Assembly (NCBI GenBank): GCA_048571215.1
Contig: CP182352.1
Location: 1,568,001-1,632,000, forward strand
From: Halarcobacter sp.
GTDB taxonomy: Bacteria; Campylobacterota; Campylobacteria; Campylobacterales; Arcobacteraceae
Direction: 5' to 3'
DNA length: 64,000 nt
Position 1 is the stretch's first letter; every line of letters begins with the position of its first letter. The translations under genes were made by a program, and so were the position numbers. Of this stretch, positions 51,897 to 62,015 are shown piece by piece. The notes under the pieces were generated by a model that searched no databases, had not been told where the DNA came from, and saw nothing but the letters and a program-made list of their open reading frames with translations.

Positions 51897-52748
51897 TTAG
51901 ATTTTATGTCGGAATTCTTTAGGTGTTTGATTGTAGTATTTTTTAAATTGGGAAATAAACCATGAAACAGTAGAGTATCCACAAGTTGTAGATATATCTG
52001 AGATGCTTTTATTTGTAGTAGTTAAAAGTAAAACTGCTTTTTCTAATCTTTTAGTATCAAGCCATATTTTTGGAGTTTGATTAAACTCTTTTTTAATATA
52101 TCTTCTAATTTTATTTTCTGATAATCTTGTGATTTTACACATATCATCAAGGGTTTGGATAAGATCAATGTTTGATTCTAGTATATATTTGATTCTATCT
52201 TGACTTGTAACTAAAATTGAGTTAAAAAAAGAGTACATTTGCTTTTCATTGTGTTTTATTGCTTGTAGAAATAGCTCTTCAATTTTAAGTTTTAAAAGAT
52301 TTTCATTGAAATCGGCTTTTAAATATTCTTGAAAAGTTTGCACACTATTTTCAAATAATTTATCACTTTTATAACTTGCCTTTACGGTACTCTCTTCATC
52401 TTTTGTATTGATTTGAATATTATATTTATTTAAAAAATCAAAAATAAATTTATCATCAAAATATACTATTAAAGACTTGTATTTAGAATCATTAACCAAT
52501 CTTTCACTCATATAATAATTATTTTGAGTAAGAAAAAATATATCTGTTTTTTGTATATTGATATCTTCATTACTTAGATGAATAACTTTTGAACCTTCAA
52601 GTACTATACCCATACTATGCATTGTTGTTCTAGCATATACATTGGAGTTTTGTGTTTTAGTAATATAATTTAAACACAATAAATCATCTATTTTTAAAAG
52701 ATTATTATATTTATTTTCAATAAAATAATTTGGCACTACATAGGTCAA
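51897..52748 (-). CDS. AraC family regulator
   Basis: C-terminal RLEKA..CGYSTVSWFISQFKKYY. Confidence 0.88.
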   Translation of the reverse strand: MTYVVPNYFIENKYNNLLKIDDLLCLNYITKTQNSNVYARTTMHSMGIVLEGSKVIHLSNEDINIQKTDIFFLTQNNYYMSERLVNDSKYKSLIVYFDDKFIFDFLNKYNIQINTKDEESTVKASYKSDKLFENSVQTFQEYLKADFNENLLKLKIEELFLQAIKHNEKQMYSFFNSILVTSQDRIKYILESNIDLIQTLDDMCKITRLSENKIRRYIKKEFNQTPKIWLDTKRLEKAVLLLTTTNKSISDISTTCGYSTVSWFISQFKKYYNQTPKEFRHKI

Positions 52749-52763
52749 GATGATTTTTCCTTT

Positions 52764-53504
52764 TTAAAATACTATTTTCATCAAATCTTCATGAATAAAT
52801 TTATAGTTTAGTTTTAATACAAGCAAATCGCTCTTTACTATTTTTTTATTGCTTTCATTTTTCCCTGAATCAAAAGTTGGAACAGGTAAACCTGATACTT
52901 TTGCACAATAGGTATAAAACTCTTTTTTTGTGGGATGGGAAGGAGCAGCGCAATTAAAAGTTTCATCAAAAATATCTTGTTTAATTACATTTCCTATTAT
53001 ACTAATACAATCATCCCTATGTATCATATTTACAGGTGTATTTGCATCTTTTACAACTTTTCCGTTTGGGAAAAACTTTGCAGGATTTCTTCCATATCCT
53101 ATAAGTCCTCCAAATCTTAAAATTGTTATTTCAAGATTTGTCTTTTTAAATAGATTTTCTATTTCAATTAAAGGACTTGTTTCATCTTTCAATACTGAGA
53201 TTGAACTAATAAAAACAATTTTTTTAATACTTGAATTTAATATATGTTTTATCAACTCTTTAAATCCATCTATATTTTTTGAAGGAATATTTATAATCAA
53301 AATATCTGAAGATAAAAACTTATCAATCTCCCCACTTAAATTATTTGTATCGACAATAAATGGTGTGATATTTTCATCTTTTAAGTTTTCAAATTTAGAA
53401 GACGAAGTTGTAGATAATTTTATAGAAAACTCTTTTGATAATGTTTGAGCTAATGGGAAACCCAACCAACCACTACCTAAAACAGTAATACTATTCTTTA
53501 TCAT
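52764..53504 (-). CDS. NAD-dependent epimerase/dehydratase-like SDR
   Basis: GSGWLG, FISSISV, LRFGGLIG, VNMIHRDD. Confidence 0.85.
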   Translation of the reverse strand: MIKNSITVLGSGWLGFPLAQTLSKEFSIKLSTTSSSKFENLKDENITPFIVDTNNLSGEIDKFLSSDILIINIPSKNIDGFKELIKHILNSSIKKIVFISSISVLKDETSPLIEIENLFKKTNLEITILRFGGLIGYGRNPAKFFPNGKVVKDANTPVNMIHRDDCISIIGNVIKQDIFDETFNCAAPSHPTKKEFYTYCAKVSGLPVPTFDSGKNESNKKIVKSDLLVLKLNYKFIHEDLMKIVF

Positions 53505-54091
53505 TTTTTATCCACACAGTTTTTAAAAGACAAAATAAATATAGCTAACATATCAATTACATCACTATAATCTTGTACATTTCCAGTAGCTTTTGCTGAA
53601 AGAATTGCACCTTCCAATGTTGAAGCAATATAAAGAGATAATTTATTAGTATCACACTCTTTCATCTCTTTTTTTTCTATTGCCATATCTAAAATATTTT
53701 TTATACTTTTCCTAAAAGTATAATATATCTTTTCCATTATAACTTTAAACTCATCATCAATATTAGACATCTCTTGCACAATATTTGCTATTGGACAGCC
53801 TCTTATAAAATCCCTTTGGGAAGTATCTTTTAATTGTTCAATTAATGCTTCTAAGTAATTGCTATCTAAATTTAAGATTCTTTCATATCTCTCTTCAAAT
53901 TTTGCATAAATCTTCTCTTGAATTGCACATAGTGCCATCTCTTTTTTTGTTGAAAAAAAGTGATACATTGATCCTTTATGAACATTTGCATTTTTTAAAA
54001 TAGTATTTAAAGAAGCACCTTGATAGCCATTTTCATATATTTCATTATATGCCGACTCTATTAATCTATTTTTTGTATTAATTTTTTCCAT
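53501..54091 (-). CDS. TetR family regulator (NemR-like)
   Basis: HKGSMYHFFSTK HTH; RGCPIAN..QEMS; likely start ATG 54091. Confidence 0.88.
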   Translation of the reverse strand: MEKINTKNRLIESAYNEIYENGYQGASLNTILKNANVHKGSMYHFFSTKKEMALCAIQEKIYAKFEERYERILNLDSNYLEALIEQLKDTSQRDFIRGCPIANIVQEMSNIDDEFKVIMEKIYYTFRKSIKNILDMAIEKKEMKECDTNKLSLYIASTLEGAILSAKATGNVQDYSDVIDMLAIFILSFKNCVDKK

Positions 54092-54113
54092 ATATAAGTG
54101 TATCATTTTTTAG

Positions 54114-54163
54114 TTGACAAGCTGGTCTAGTTTTGATATAGTTTTACTAGACCTACTGGTCAA
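54114..54163 (+). promoter_or_regulatory. Sigma70 promoter overlapped by two TAGACC-N4-GGTCTA-like operators
   Basis: TTGACA(54114)-17 bp-TATAGT(54137); boxes TTGACAAGCTGGTCTA (54114) and TAGACCTACTGGTCAA (54148). Confidence 0.75.
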
Positions 54164-54181
54164 CAAACACAAAGGACTAAA

Positions 54182-54940
54182 ATGCCAAATACAACTATTT
54201 ATAAGTTTTTAAATGAAAAAAAATTGATTTTAGATGAAATAGAGATTGCTTATCATCAAGAAGGGGAAGGAGAAGTTATTATTTTACTTCACGGTTGGCC
54301 ACAAACATCATATATGTGGAGAAAGGTAATTCCAATTTTATCAAAAAACTTTAGAGTTATAGCTCTTGATTTACCAGGGTTAGGAAATAGTAGTGATACT
54401 TTAAACTATGATACAAAAAATATTGCAACAATTATTAATGATTTTAGAAGTAAATTAGGTATAAAAAAATTCCATCTAATTGGGCATGACATAGGTGCTT
54501 GGGTTGCCACAAGTTATTCTTTATTTTTTGAAAAGTATTTAAATAGTCTAGTTATTATAGATGCTGGAATTCCAGGCTTAATACCTGATGATTTATTCAA
54601 ATTAGAAAATGCAAATAAAGTTTGGCAATTTTATTTTCATAGTTTAGATTCTATTCCAGAATTTTTAACTAAAGGTAAAGAAAAAGAGTATATTTCATGG
54701 TATTTTGAGAAAAGTGCTCTTCAAAACAAAAAGCAAACTTCTAAAATATCAACAAAAATTTTAGCAATTGGAGGGGAATTTGCTGTTTCTGAGCAAATAA
54801 GTATTGCCATGAAAAAGATTTCAAATAATGTTATAAGTTCAGTTATAAAAGAGTGTGGACATTATGTTCCAGAAGAAAAAGCTGAAGAATTATGTGAAAT
54901 AATAAATTCTTTTATACTATCTGAATTAAAAAAATTATAA
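54182..54940 (+). CDS. Alpha/beta hydrolase (epoxide hydrolase-like), probably with an internal deletion
   Basis: LHGWPQ, GHDIG nucleophile, CGHYVPEE; cap region unusually short. Confidence 0.82.
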   Translation: MPNTTIYKFLNEKKLILDEIEIAYHQEGEGEVIILLHGWPQTSYMWRKVIPILSKNFRVIALDLPGLGNSSDTLNYDTKNIATIINDFRSKLGIKKFHLIGHDIGAWVATSYSLFFEKYLNSLVIIDAGIPGLIPDDLFKLENANKVWQFYFHSLDSIPEFLTKGKEKEYISWYFEKSALQNKKQTSKISTKILAIGGEFAVSEQISIAMKKISNNVISSVIKECGHYVPEEKAEELCEIINSFILSELKKL

Positions 54941-54982
54941 TATCAAATAAAAAAAAATAATAATCAATATAAGGAAATAATC

Positions 54983-55849
54983 TTGAAGAAAAAAAGATTT
55001 TTGGTTGCAGGAGCAACAGGATATTTAGGTCAATATATTGTAAAAGAGTTAAAAAAGCAAGATTACTTTGTAAGAGTATTAATTAGAGAAGAAAAACAAA
55101 AAGAGTTATTTTCAAATGTTGATGAGTTTTTTATAGCAGAAGTTACAAAACCTGAAACATTAAATAATATAGCTAATAATATTGATTATATTTTCTCAAG
55201 TATTGGTATTACTAGACAAAGAGATGGTTTAACTTATATGGATGTGGATTATCAAGGAAATAAAAATTTATTAAATGAAGCTATTAAATCAAATGTAACA
55301 AAATTTGAATATATCTCTGCTATAGATGGAGATAAATTTAAAAATTTAAAAATATTTGAAGCAAAAGAGAAGTTTGTTGAGGAATTAAAAAACTCATCAT
55401 TAAAATATAGTATCATAAGACCAAATGGCTTTTTTTCAGACATGAAAGATTTTTTAAATATGGCAAAAAGTGGAAAAATATATCTATTTTCACATGGGCA
55501 ATATAAACTTAATCCTATACATGGAGAAGATTTAGCAAGATTTTGTGTAAAAAAACTGATTTCAACTGAAAATGAAGAGGAACAAATAGGAGGTCCAGAT
55601 ATACTAACTCAAAATGAAATAGCTAAACTTACACTAAAAGCTTGGAACAAAGAGATTAAAATAGTACATTTGCCTGATTTTATTAGAGTTCTTATTATAA
55701 AACTTCTTAGAATTTTCACTTCATCTAAAGTATATGGACCAATTGAATTTTTTTTAACTCTTTTAGCAAAAGACAATATTGCTTCTACCTATGGAGACAA
55801 AAGATTAGAAGACTTTTTTTTAGAAGAAGTTAGAAAAACCAAAAATTAG
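54983..55849 (+). CDS. Atypical SDR / NAD(P)H-binding oxidoreductase
   Basis: GATGYLG, VDYQGN, IRPNGFF, NPIHGEDLA. Confidence 0.85.
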   Translation: MKKKRFLVAGATGYLGQYIVKELKKQDYFVRVLIREEKQKELFSNVDEFFIAEVTKPETLNNIANNIDYIFSSIGITRQRDGLTYMDVDYQGNKNLLNEAIKSNVTKFEYISAIDGDKFKNLKIFEAKEKFVEELKNSSLKYSIIRPNGFFSDMKDFLNMAKSGKIYLFSHGQYKLNPIHGEDLARFCVKKLISTENEEEQIGGPDILTQNEIAKLTLKAWNKEIKIVHLPDFIRVLIIKLLRIFTSSKVYGPIEFFLTLLAKDNIASTYGDKRLEDFFLEEVRKTKN

Positions 55850-55851
55850 TA

Positions 55852-56151
55852 TTAAATACTAATTTCTGATTTCAAATTTTCATATTCATCTGATGTCATA
55901 CTTGGAACAAATTCTATTATTTCATAATTTGCAACATTTGCAAGTTTAAAAGGGTCTTTTGCAAGTACTTCTTGTAACTTCTCTTTTGAATCAAGTTTTG
56001 AAAGTATCACTCCACCATCTCTTGGAATTTTTCTTCCTGAAGCTATAAAATTTCCTTCTTTATATTGTTCTTTTAAATATTTTACATGTGCTTCAAGATG
56101 AGTATCTACCTCATCTAGTGATTTTATATAAGTTAAGTTTATTATAAACAT
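55852..56151 (-). CDS. YciI family protein
   Basis: HLEAHV, ASGRKIPRDGG, DPF. Confidence 0.85.
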   Translation of the reverse strand: MFIINLTYIKSLDEVDTHLEAHVKYLKEQYKEGNFIASGRKIPRDGGVILSKLDSKEKLQEVLAKDPFKLANVANYEIIEFVPSMTSDEYENLKSEISI

Positions 56152-56241
56152 TTCTAGCCTTTTCGTCTATTTTAAAAATAGATGATACTATAAATTGAAT
56201 TATATAATTTTAATTTAATAAAAAGTATGGAATAATACTTT

Positions 56242-56259
56242 TAACTAAATAGTTAGTTA
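56242..56259. promoter_or_regulatory. TetR-type operator, copy 1
   Basis: TAACTAAATAGTTAGTTA, one mismatch from a perfect 18-bp palindrome. Confidence 0.65.
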
Positions 56260-56268
56260 GGAATATAG

Positions 56269-56874
56269 ATGAAAAAAAGAAATGCAGAACAAACAAAAGA
56301 ACTTATTCTAAACACAGCCATATCTTTGTTTGCAAAAAATGGTTTTGATGGTCTTAGAGTTGATGATTTGGCAATAAAGGCAGGAGTAAATAAGGCTACT
56401 ATTTATTATCACTTCAAAGATAAGAATTTTATTTTTGAAAAAATTTTATTGGATATGTCAAAGTTGATTTTAGAAGAGATTGAAAAAAGAAAAGATACTA
56501 GTGCCCATCCCAAAAAACAGCTTGAATCATTTTTAGATGCAATTATATTTATAATCACAACAAAAAGAGACTTAGCAAAAATCATGATGCAAGAACTAGC
56601 TTTTAATGGAAAGAATCTTTCAGATGAAGCAAAAAAACATTTTTTTAAGATAATTTATATTTTGCAAGTTATTTTAAAAGAAGGAATCAAACAAAAAGTA
56701 TTTAAAGATATTGATCCTTTTTTAATTCATGCAACCACAATTGGTAGTTTAAACTATTATTATACGATGAAAGAAGCAGCAATAAGTGAAGAGAATGAAG
56801 AGTTCAAAGTAGATTTTTGTGAAGATAGTGCAGATAAGATAAAAGAGATGATTTTAAACTATGTATTAATATAG
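56269..56874 (+). CDS. TetR/AcrR family regulator
   Basis: FAKNGFDG..AGVNKATIYYHFKDK. Confidence 0.9.
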   Translation: MKKRNAEQTKELILNTAISLFAKNGFDGLRVDDLAIKAGVNKATIYYHFKDKNFIFEKILLDMSKLILEEIEKRKDTSAHPKKQLESFLDAIIFIITTKRDLAKIMMQELAFNGKNLSDEAKKHFFKIIYILQVILKEGIKQKVFKDIDPFLIHATTIGSLNYYYTMKEAAISEENEEFKVDFCEDSADKIKEMILNYVLI

Positions 56875-56898
56875 TTTAATTTTTTTTAATTTTTAAAT

Positions 56899-56916
56899 TA
56901 ACCAACTAGTTAGTTA
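56899..56916. promoter_or_regulatory. TetR-type operator, copy 2
   Basis: TAACCAACTAGTTAGTTA, one mismatch from the same palindrome. Confidence 0.65.
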
Positions 56917-56935
56917 TATATTACAAGGAGAAAAA

Positions 56936-57244
56936 ATGTTTGAATCAATTATGGAAGCAAAAATAAAAAAATGGGAAGAAGAGAAAAATAAACCAGGCTA
57001 TGTGCCTCCACCACCTGTAAAAAATACCTTTGGAAAACCTATTGAACAAACTTTGATTGATGAGATTGAGGAGTTAGTTATAAAAGCTTCAAAAAGTACA
57101 AATGAGGAAGAGAAACAAGGTTTACTAAAAAAAGTAAGTAGTTTAGAAACACAACTATTACTCTCATTTGAAAATCAGGGACTTTATTTGGTGGCACAAA
57201 AAACACAAAAAAGATTGCAAAAGTTTAGAATGGATAATTTATAA
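56936..57244 (+). CDS. Hypothetical helical protein
   Basis: Strong RBS AAGGAG, 102 aa, PPPP linker. Confidence 0.75.
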   Translation: MFESIMEAKIKKWEEEKNKPGYVPPPPVKNTFGKPIEQTLIDEIEELVIKASKSTNEEEKQGLLKKVSSLETQLLLSFENQGLYLVAQKTQKRLQKFRMDNL

Positions 57245-57258
57245 TAATCCATTCTAAA
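57224..57258. terminator. Probable terminator hairpin between convergent genes
   Basis: TTTAGAATGGAT...ATCCATTCTAAA. Confidence 0.6.
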
Positions 57259-57269
57259 ACACTATTTTT

Positions 57270-58445
57270 TTAATTATCAGTAGCTACTACATTTTTATTC
57301 ATATAAGAATATACTATTATTCCTAAAGAGAGAACTGCTAGAGCTAATAACTGTAATGTTACAAAATTCCAACCACCTTTTTCCCAACACAACACTCCAA
57401 TAAAAGTTCCAATTGAACCACCCACAAACATCGCAGACATATAGGCTGTATTTATTCTACTATGTGCCTTTTCATCTAAACCATAAATTTGTGATAAATT
57501 ATTGATTTGAATTGCTTGAAATCCAATATCTATAAGTAAAGTTGCCACAATAAAAGCATATAAATTCATATCAAATTCTCTAATTATGATTACACTAACT
57601 ATTATCATTAGTGCTGAAAGTAGTTTGATACCATTTGCATTTATCTTATCTGATAGTCCACCAATATAAGGAGCTAACGAGGCACCTACTACTGCTAATA
57701 TTCCAAACAATCCAATAGCATCACTATCATAATTAAAAGGAGCTTCACTTAATTTGAAAGTTAAAGTTGTCCAAAAAGAACAGAAAATTCCAAATGAAGT
57801 TGCAACCAATAAGGTATTTCTTCTAAGTAGTGAAAATCTTTTTAATTGGTAAATTGATGATTTTAAAAGTGAAAAGTAACTATTTTCAAAATGTGATTCC
57901 ATATTTGGTAAAGTTTTTGAAATAAAAATTATCATTACAAATACCAAAATAGCAGAAAAACCAAATATTACATGCCAATTACCAAACAACTCAGTGATAT
58001 ATCCACTTAAAGTTCTTGCTAATAGTATTCCACTTAACAAACCACTAAAAATAGTTCCTACAACCCTACCCTTATCTTTTCCACTCATAGTTGCTGCCAT
58101 TGGAATAACAACTTGAACAGAAACTGCAAATAAACCAGCCATAAGACTTAAAATATATAAAACAAAAATATTGCTTATAAATGCAAGTCCAAGTAAAGAC
58201 AGACCTAATAATACATGTAAAATAATAATTAGTTTTTTTCTATCCATCTTATCACCAAGTGGACTTACAAAAAATAGTCCCAAACCATATCCTACTTGGG
58301 AAAAAGTAGGTAGATTTCCCACTACTAAATGACTTATATCTAAATCTTTTGCTATATCATTTAAAATCGGTTGGTTATAATATATATTTGCAGCACTAAT
58401 TCCTGCTGTTGCTGACATAACAAAGATTTGTTTTTTACTAATCAT
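57270..58445 (-). CDS. MFS transporter
   Basis: ANIYYNQP, PLGDKMDRK, GILLART, SRINTAYM. Confidence 0.9.
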   Translation of the reverse strand: MISKKQIFVMSATAGISAANIYYNQPILNDIAKDLDISHLVVGNLPTFSQVGYGLGLFFVSPLGDKMDRKKLIIILHVLLGLSLLGLAFISNIFVLYILSLMAGLFAVSVQVVIPMAATMSGKDKGRVVGTIFSGLLSGILLARTLSGYITELFGNWHVIFGFSAILVFVMIIFISKTLPNMESHFENSYFSLLKSSIYQLKRFSLLRRNTLLVATSFGIFCSFWTTLTFKLSEAPFNYDSDAIGLFGILAVVGASLAPYIGGLSDKINANGIKLLSALMIIVSVIIIREFDMNLYAFIVATLLIDIGFQAIQINNLSQIYGLDEKAHSRINTAYMSAMFVGGSIGTFIGVLCWEKGGWNFVTLQLLALAVLSLGIIVYSYMNKNVVATDN

Positions 58446-58640
58446 TGTTTTTTACTACCTTATATATATAATTTTTAGAAATTGTATCAAGTAGTAAAAG
58501 ATTTGTCTATACTATATCAAACTAAAAGTTACTCAATTCAAACATTCTTTTTATTTATAAATAAAATTTCTTTTAAATCTTCATACAATCTCCATAATTA
58601 TTCTTTATACTTCCACTATATTAAATTTTAAGGAGAAAAA

Positions 58641-59171
58641 ATGAATAAATTTACTAAAGTATTATTAGTAATAACTTGTTGTGGAGTATTGTTAAATGCT
58701 GCTGATGTATATTTAAGTGATAACTCAAAAGTACCAGATCTAAAGATGAAAAATACTGATTTATTGTTTAAAGATATTGAAGGATACCAAAATTATCAAA
58801 TTGTCTCTTCTCATTTCAGAAAAGATAAAAATGAGATAAGATATATATTGGCAAATCCAGTAGCATACAATGCTCTAAGGGCAAAAAAAATAATTATGCC
58901 ACAAGGTAGTAAATTAGTAAAAATAGGATGGAGTGTAAAAGATATGGATAACTTTCCCTCAGCATTAGAAGCGAATCAAATACAAAGAGTTGAATATATG
59001 ATTCGAGACAAGTCAAAACATACTGAATCTGATGGTTGGGGATATGCAAGATTTGTAAAAAAAGATGGTAAATATAAAGCATGGGAAGGAGATTCTAAGA
59101 GTTGTGTGGCTTGTCATTCTATAGTTAAATCAAATGATGCAGTATTTACAAAATTTCAAGGATTGTTTTAA
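58641..59171 (+). CDS. Cytochrome P460 / c'-beta family periplasmic heme protein
   Basis: Signal peptide, PQGSKLVK, GWGYARF, C-terminal CVACH followed by DAVF. Confidence 0.8.
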   Translation: MNKFTKVLLVITCCGVLLNAADVYLSDNSKVPDLKMKNTDLLFKDIEGYQNYQIVSSHFRKDKNEIRYILANPVAYNALRAKKIIMPQGSKLVKIGWSVKDMDNFPSALEANQIQRVEYMIRDKSKHTESDGWGYARFVKKDGKYKAWEGDSKSCVACHSIVKSNDAVFTKFQGLF

Positions 59172-59174
59172 TAT

Positions 59175-59852
59175 ATGAAAAAGAAAATACTTATTGTTGA
59201 CGATGAAGAACAAATCATCAATCTAATAAGAAACCGATTAGAAAGTAACCTCTACGATGTAGATGTTGCTTTTAATGGTAAAGATGCTATTTTAAAAATA
59301 CTAAAAAAAAATTATGACTTAGTTACCTTAGATATTATGCTTCCATCTCTTGATGGTTTTGAACTATGTAAAACTATCAGAAAAAAAACAAAACAAACAC
59401 TTATTATAATGATTAGTGCAATAGGAACAGAAGAATCAAAAACAAAAGCTTATGAATATGGCTGTGATGACTATCTTAATAAACCTTTTTCCTCAAAAGA
59501 ATTAGCAATAAAAATAAAATCTATATTAAGAAGAAGAGATGAACTAAATAATATAATTAATTTATCTAAATTCACTTTAAATGATGACACAAAAACTATA
59601 AAGATTAATGGCTATAAACTTTTAATTACTCCCAGTGAGTATCTAATATTATCAACTATTATATTAAATCCAAATAGAGTTTTTAGTAGAGCAGAATTTG
59701 CACAACTAATTTATGACAATTATTTAGGAAAAATAGATGATAGAGGGATAGATAGCCATATATATCATATACGACAAAAAATAAAAGAATATGAAACAAA
59801 AGAACTTATAAAAACTGTTAGAGGAATAGGATACATTATAAATGAAAATTAA
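59175..59852 (+). CDS. OmpR family response regulator
   Basis: LIVDDE, LDIMLP, KPF, TVRGIGY. Confidence 0.92.
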   Translation: MKKKILIVDDEEQIINLIRNRLESNLYDVDVAFNGKDAILKILKKNYDLVTLDIMLPSLDGFELCKTIRKKTKQTLIIMISAIGTEESKTKAYEYGCDDYLNKPFSSKELAIKIKSILRRRDELNNIINLSKFTLNDDTKTIKINGYKLLITPSEYLILSTIILNPNRVFSRAEFAQLIYDNYLGKIDDRGIDSHIYHIRQKIKEYETKELIKTVRGIGYIINEN

Positions 59853-60846
59853 ACCATTTCTTATATTACTTTACACTATTGCTGGACTTATTATTTCGAT
59901 TACTACAGCTTTTATGACATTTATGATTATTGGCACAGATATAGGCTCTAAAATGTTTTTACAAATTGTACTTGCAATTATATTTGTTTTACCAATTATA
60001 ATAATTATTAGTTTCTTTCTTGGTAAATATTTATCAATTAAATTTAACTTTATAGAACAAAGACTAGAGAACATTAAGAATGAAAAATTTGAAGATAATA
60101 AAGATAAAAATTTAATAATAGAAATAAAAGAAATTAATGAAAATATGAATTTTTTATCAAATCGTTTAAATATACTTATATGTAATCTCAAACAAAAAAA
60201 TCAAAATTTATCAAACTTACTTATATCTATGGCTCATGATATCAAAACACCAATCACTATATTAAATGGTTACATTGAAGAAATAGAAGATGGCATAATA
60301 AAAAAAGAAAATTTACCAAATGTTTTGATTACCATGAAACAAGAAGTAAACTTTCTTGATGAACTCACTGTTGATATGTTGGAATATATTTCATCCATGC
60401 AAAATTATAAAAAGAAAGAAAAAATAAATTTATATAATTTTATTAATAATGAAATATTTACAATTTTAGAAAAAAAAACAGATGTATTTTTATTCAATAA
60501 TGTAGAAAAGAATTTCAGCGTAACATTCAACAAAATAGACTTAAAAAAAATATTCTTAAATATTTTGATTAATGCATTAAAATTTACAAAAAATGGATAC
60601 ATTAAAGTGGAAGTTTTAAATCAATTAATTATTTTTGAAAATAATGGAGAAAAAATACCAAAGGAATATCAAAAAAAAATCTTTGAACCATTTTTTACAA
60701 TATCAAAAAGTAGAAATAGAAAAACTTCAGGCTTTGGACTGGGTCTTTCTATCGTAGAAAATTTAGCAAAAAACAATGGATATACTTGTTATTTAAAATC
60801 AAGTGACAAAAATAAAACATTGTTTCATTTAGATAAATTAGTTTAA
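59842..60846 (+). CDS. Sensor histidine kinase (two closely spaced TMs)
   Basis: AHDIKTP, NALKFT, FEPFF, GFGLGL. Confidence 0.92.
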   Translation: MKIKPFLILLYTIAGLIISITTAFMTFMIIGTDIGSKMFLQIVLAIIFVLPIIIIISFFLGKYLSIKFNFIEQRLENIKNEKFEDNKDKNLIIEIKEINENMNFLSNRLNILICNLKQKNQNLSNLLISMAHDIKTPITILNGYIEEIEDGIIKKENLPNVLITMKQEVNFLDELTVDMLEYISSMQNYKKKEKINLYNFINNEIFTILEKKTDVFLFNNVEKNFSVTFNKIDLKKIFLNILINALKFTKNGYIKVEVLNQLIIFENNGEKIPKEYQKKIFEPFFTISKSRNRKTSGFGLGLSIVENLAKNNGYTCYLKSSDKNKTLFHLDKLV

Positions 60847-61046
60847 ATTAAACATTTTATAAAGTTCTAATACTGTAAAAATATTCTTTCTGCTTTTTTT
60901 GGCGCATATTCATCTAATAAAAAAAGTTTATTGCCATCTATTTTAAATACAGGGTAATTTTTAATTGCACTAAATTGATAGAAAAACTCTTCTATATTTT
61001 TATGGCTTGCATTATACTAAAAACAGATATAGACTTAATAGTTGAC

Positions 61047-61943
61047 TTAAGCTTGTATTAAACTAGGCTTTCTAAAGGAATAACTTCTATTAAATAAAAT
61101 AACAGCAACTAAAGATAATAAACATCCTACTATTGTAGAAAAGGCAATCTTCTCTCCATAAGCAAAATAACTTGAAACTATTGCACCTAGAGGAACAATA
61201 AACATAAATACGGCTGTATTGTGTGCTCCTATTTTACTAGCACTTACAAAAAATACAGTTGTAGCAAATGTTCCAGATAAAAGCCCAATAAAAATAATAT
61301 TCATCCAAAATACCCAATCATAAAAAGTTATTTCAAAAGGATGGGAAGGTAATGCAAATAACATATTTGTAAATGCAGTTACACCAAAAAGTACTAAAGT
61401 ATAAAACATAGGATCAACTCTTTTTGAAACTTTTTGGGTTATGATTGTAACCAACGCCCAAACAAGAGCACAAACTAAGAAATATATACTATGTAGATTT
61501 AAAAAACCTAAACCTTCCATAGGAATTTTTACACCAAATACTCCAATACCTAAAGCTATCATCTGTATTGATGATATTTTTGTCTTAAATATTATTATTG
61601 ACAAAAAATATGTAATCAAAGGAACAAGTGAAGTAAACATTGTCCCTCCATACCCTGCATCTCCATGGGAAAGACCTGCAAAAAATAGATAACTGAACAA
61701 GGCACTCAATAGCCCACCTAAAACTATATAGATATACCCAAGAATATCAGTTTTTAGTGATTTTTTCATATAAAATATAACAGGAATCATCCCTACAAAA
61801 GATATTGCATATCTCCAAAATGATGCAACTTGTGCATTTGAATGTTCAACTGCTGCTTTTCCTGATGTCCATGCAATACCCCAAAGTAACATTGATATTA
61901 TCATACCAACAATATATATTGTTTTATTCTTTTCTTTATTCAA
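61047..61943 (-). CDS. DMT/EamA family transporter, paralogue of 4538-5455
   Basis: Shared WGIAWTSGK, GLSHGDAGYGGTM, ASKIGAH blocks. Confidence 0.85.
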   Translation of the reverse strand: MNKEKNKTIYIVGMIISMLLWGIAWTSGKAAVEHSNAQVASFWRYAISFVGMIPVIFYMKKSLKTDILGYIYIVLGGLLSALFSYLFFAGLSHGDAGYGGTMFTSLVPLITYFLSIIIFKTKISSIQMIALGIGVFGVKIPMEGLGFLNLHSIYFLVCALVWALVTIITQKVSKRVDPMFYTLVLFGVTAFTNMLFALPSHPFEITFYDWVFWMNIIFIGLLSGTFATTVFFVSASKIGAHNTAVFMFIVPLGAIVSSYFAYGEKIAFSTIVGCLLSLVAVILFNRSYSFRKPSLIQA

Positions 61944-62015
61944 AAAAGCTCCTTTTTTAATTTTGAGTATTATAAATAAATTTAAGATTTTAGAGTATAA
62001 GAAAAGATGATTATC

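Noticed and set aside
60858..61016. ~50-codon open stretch on the minus strand after the second DMT
   Set aside because: No in-frame start or recognisable motif
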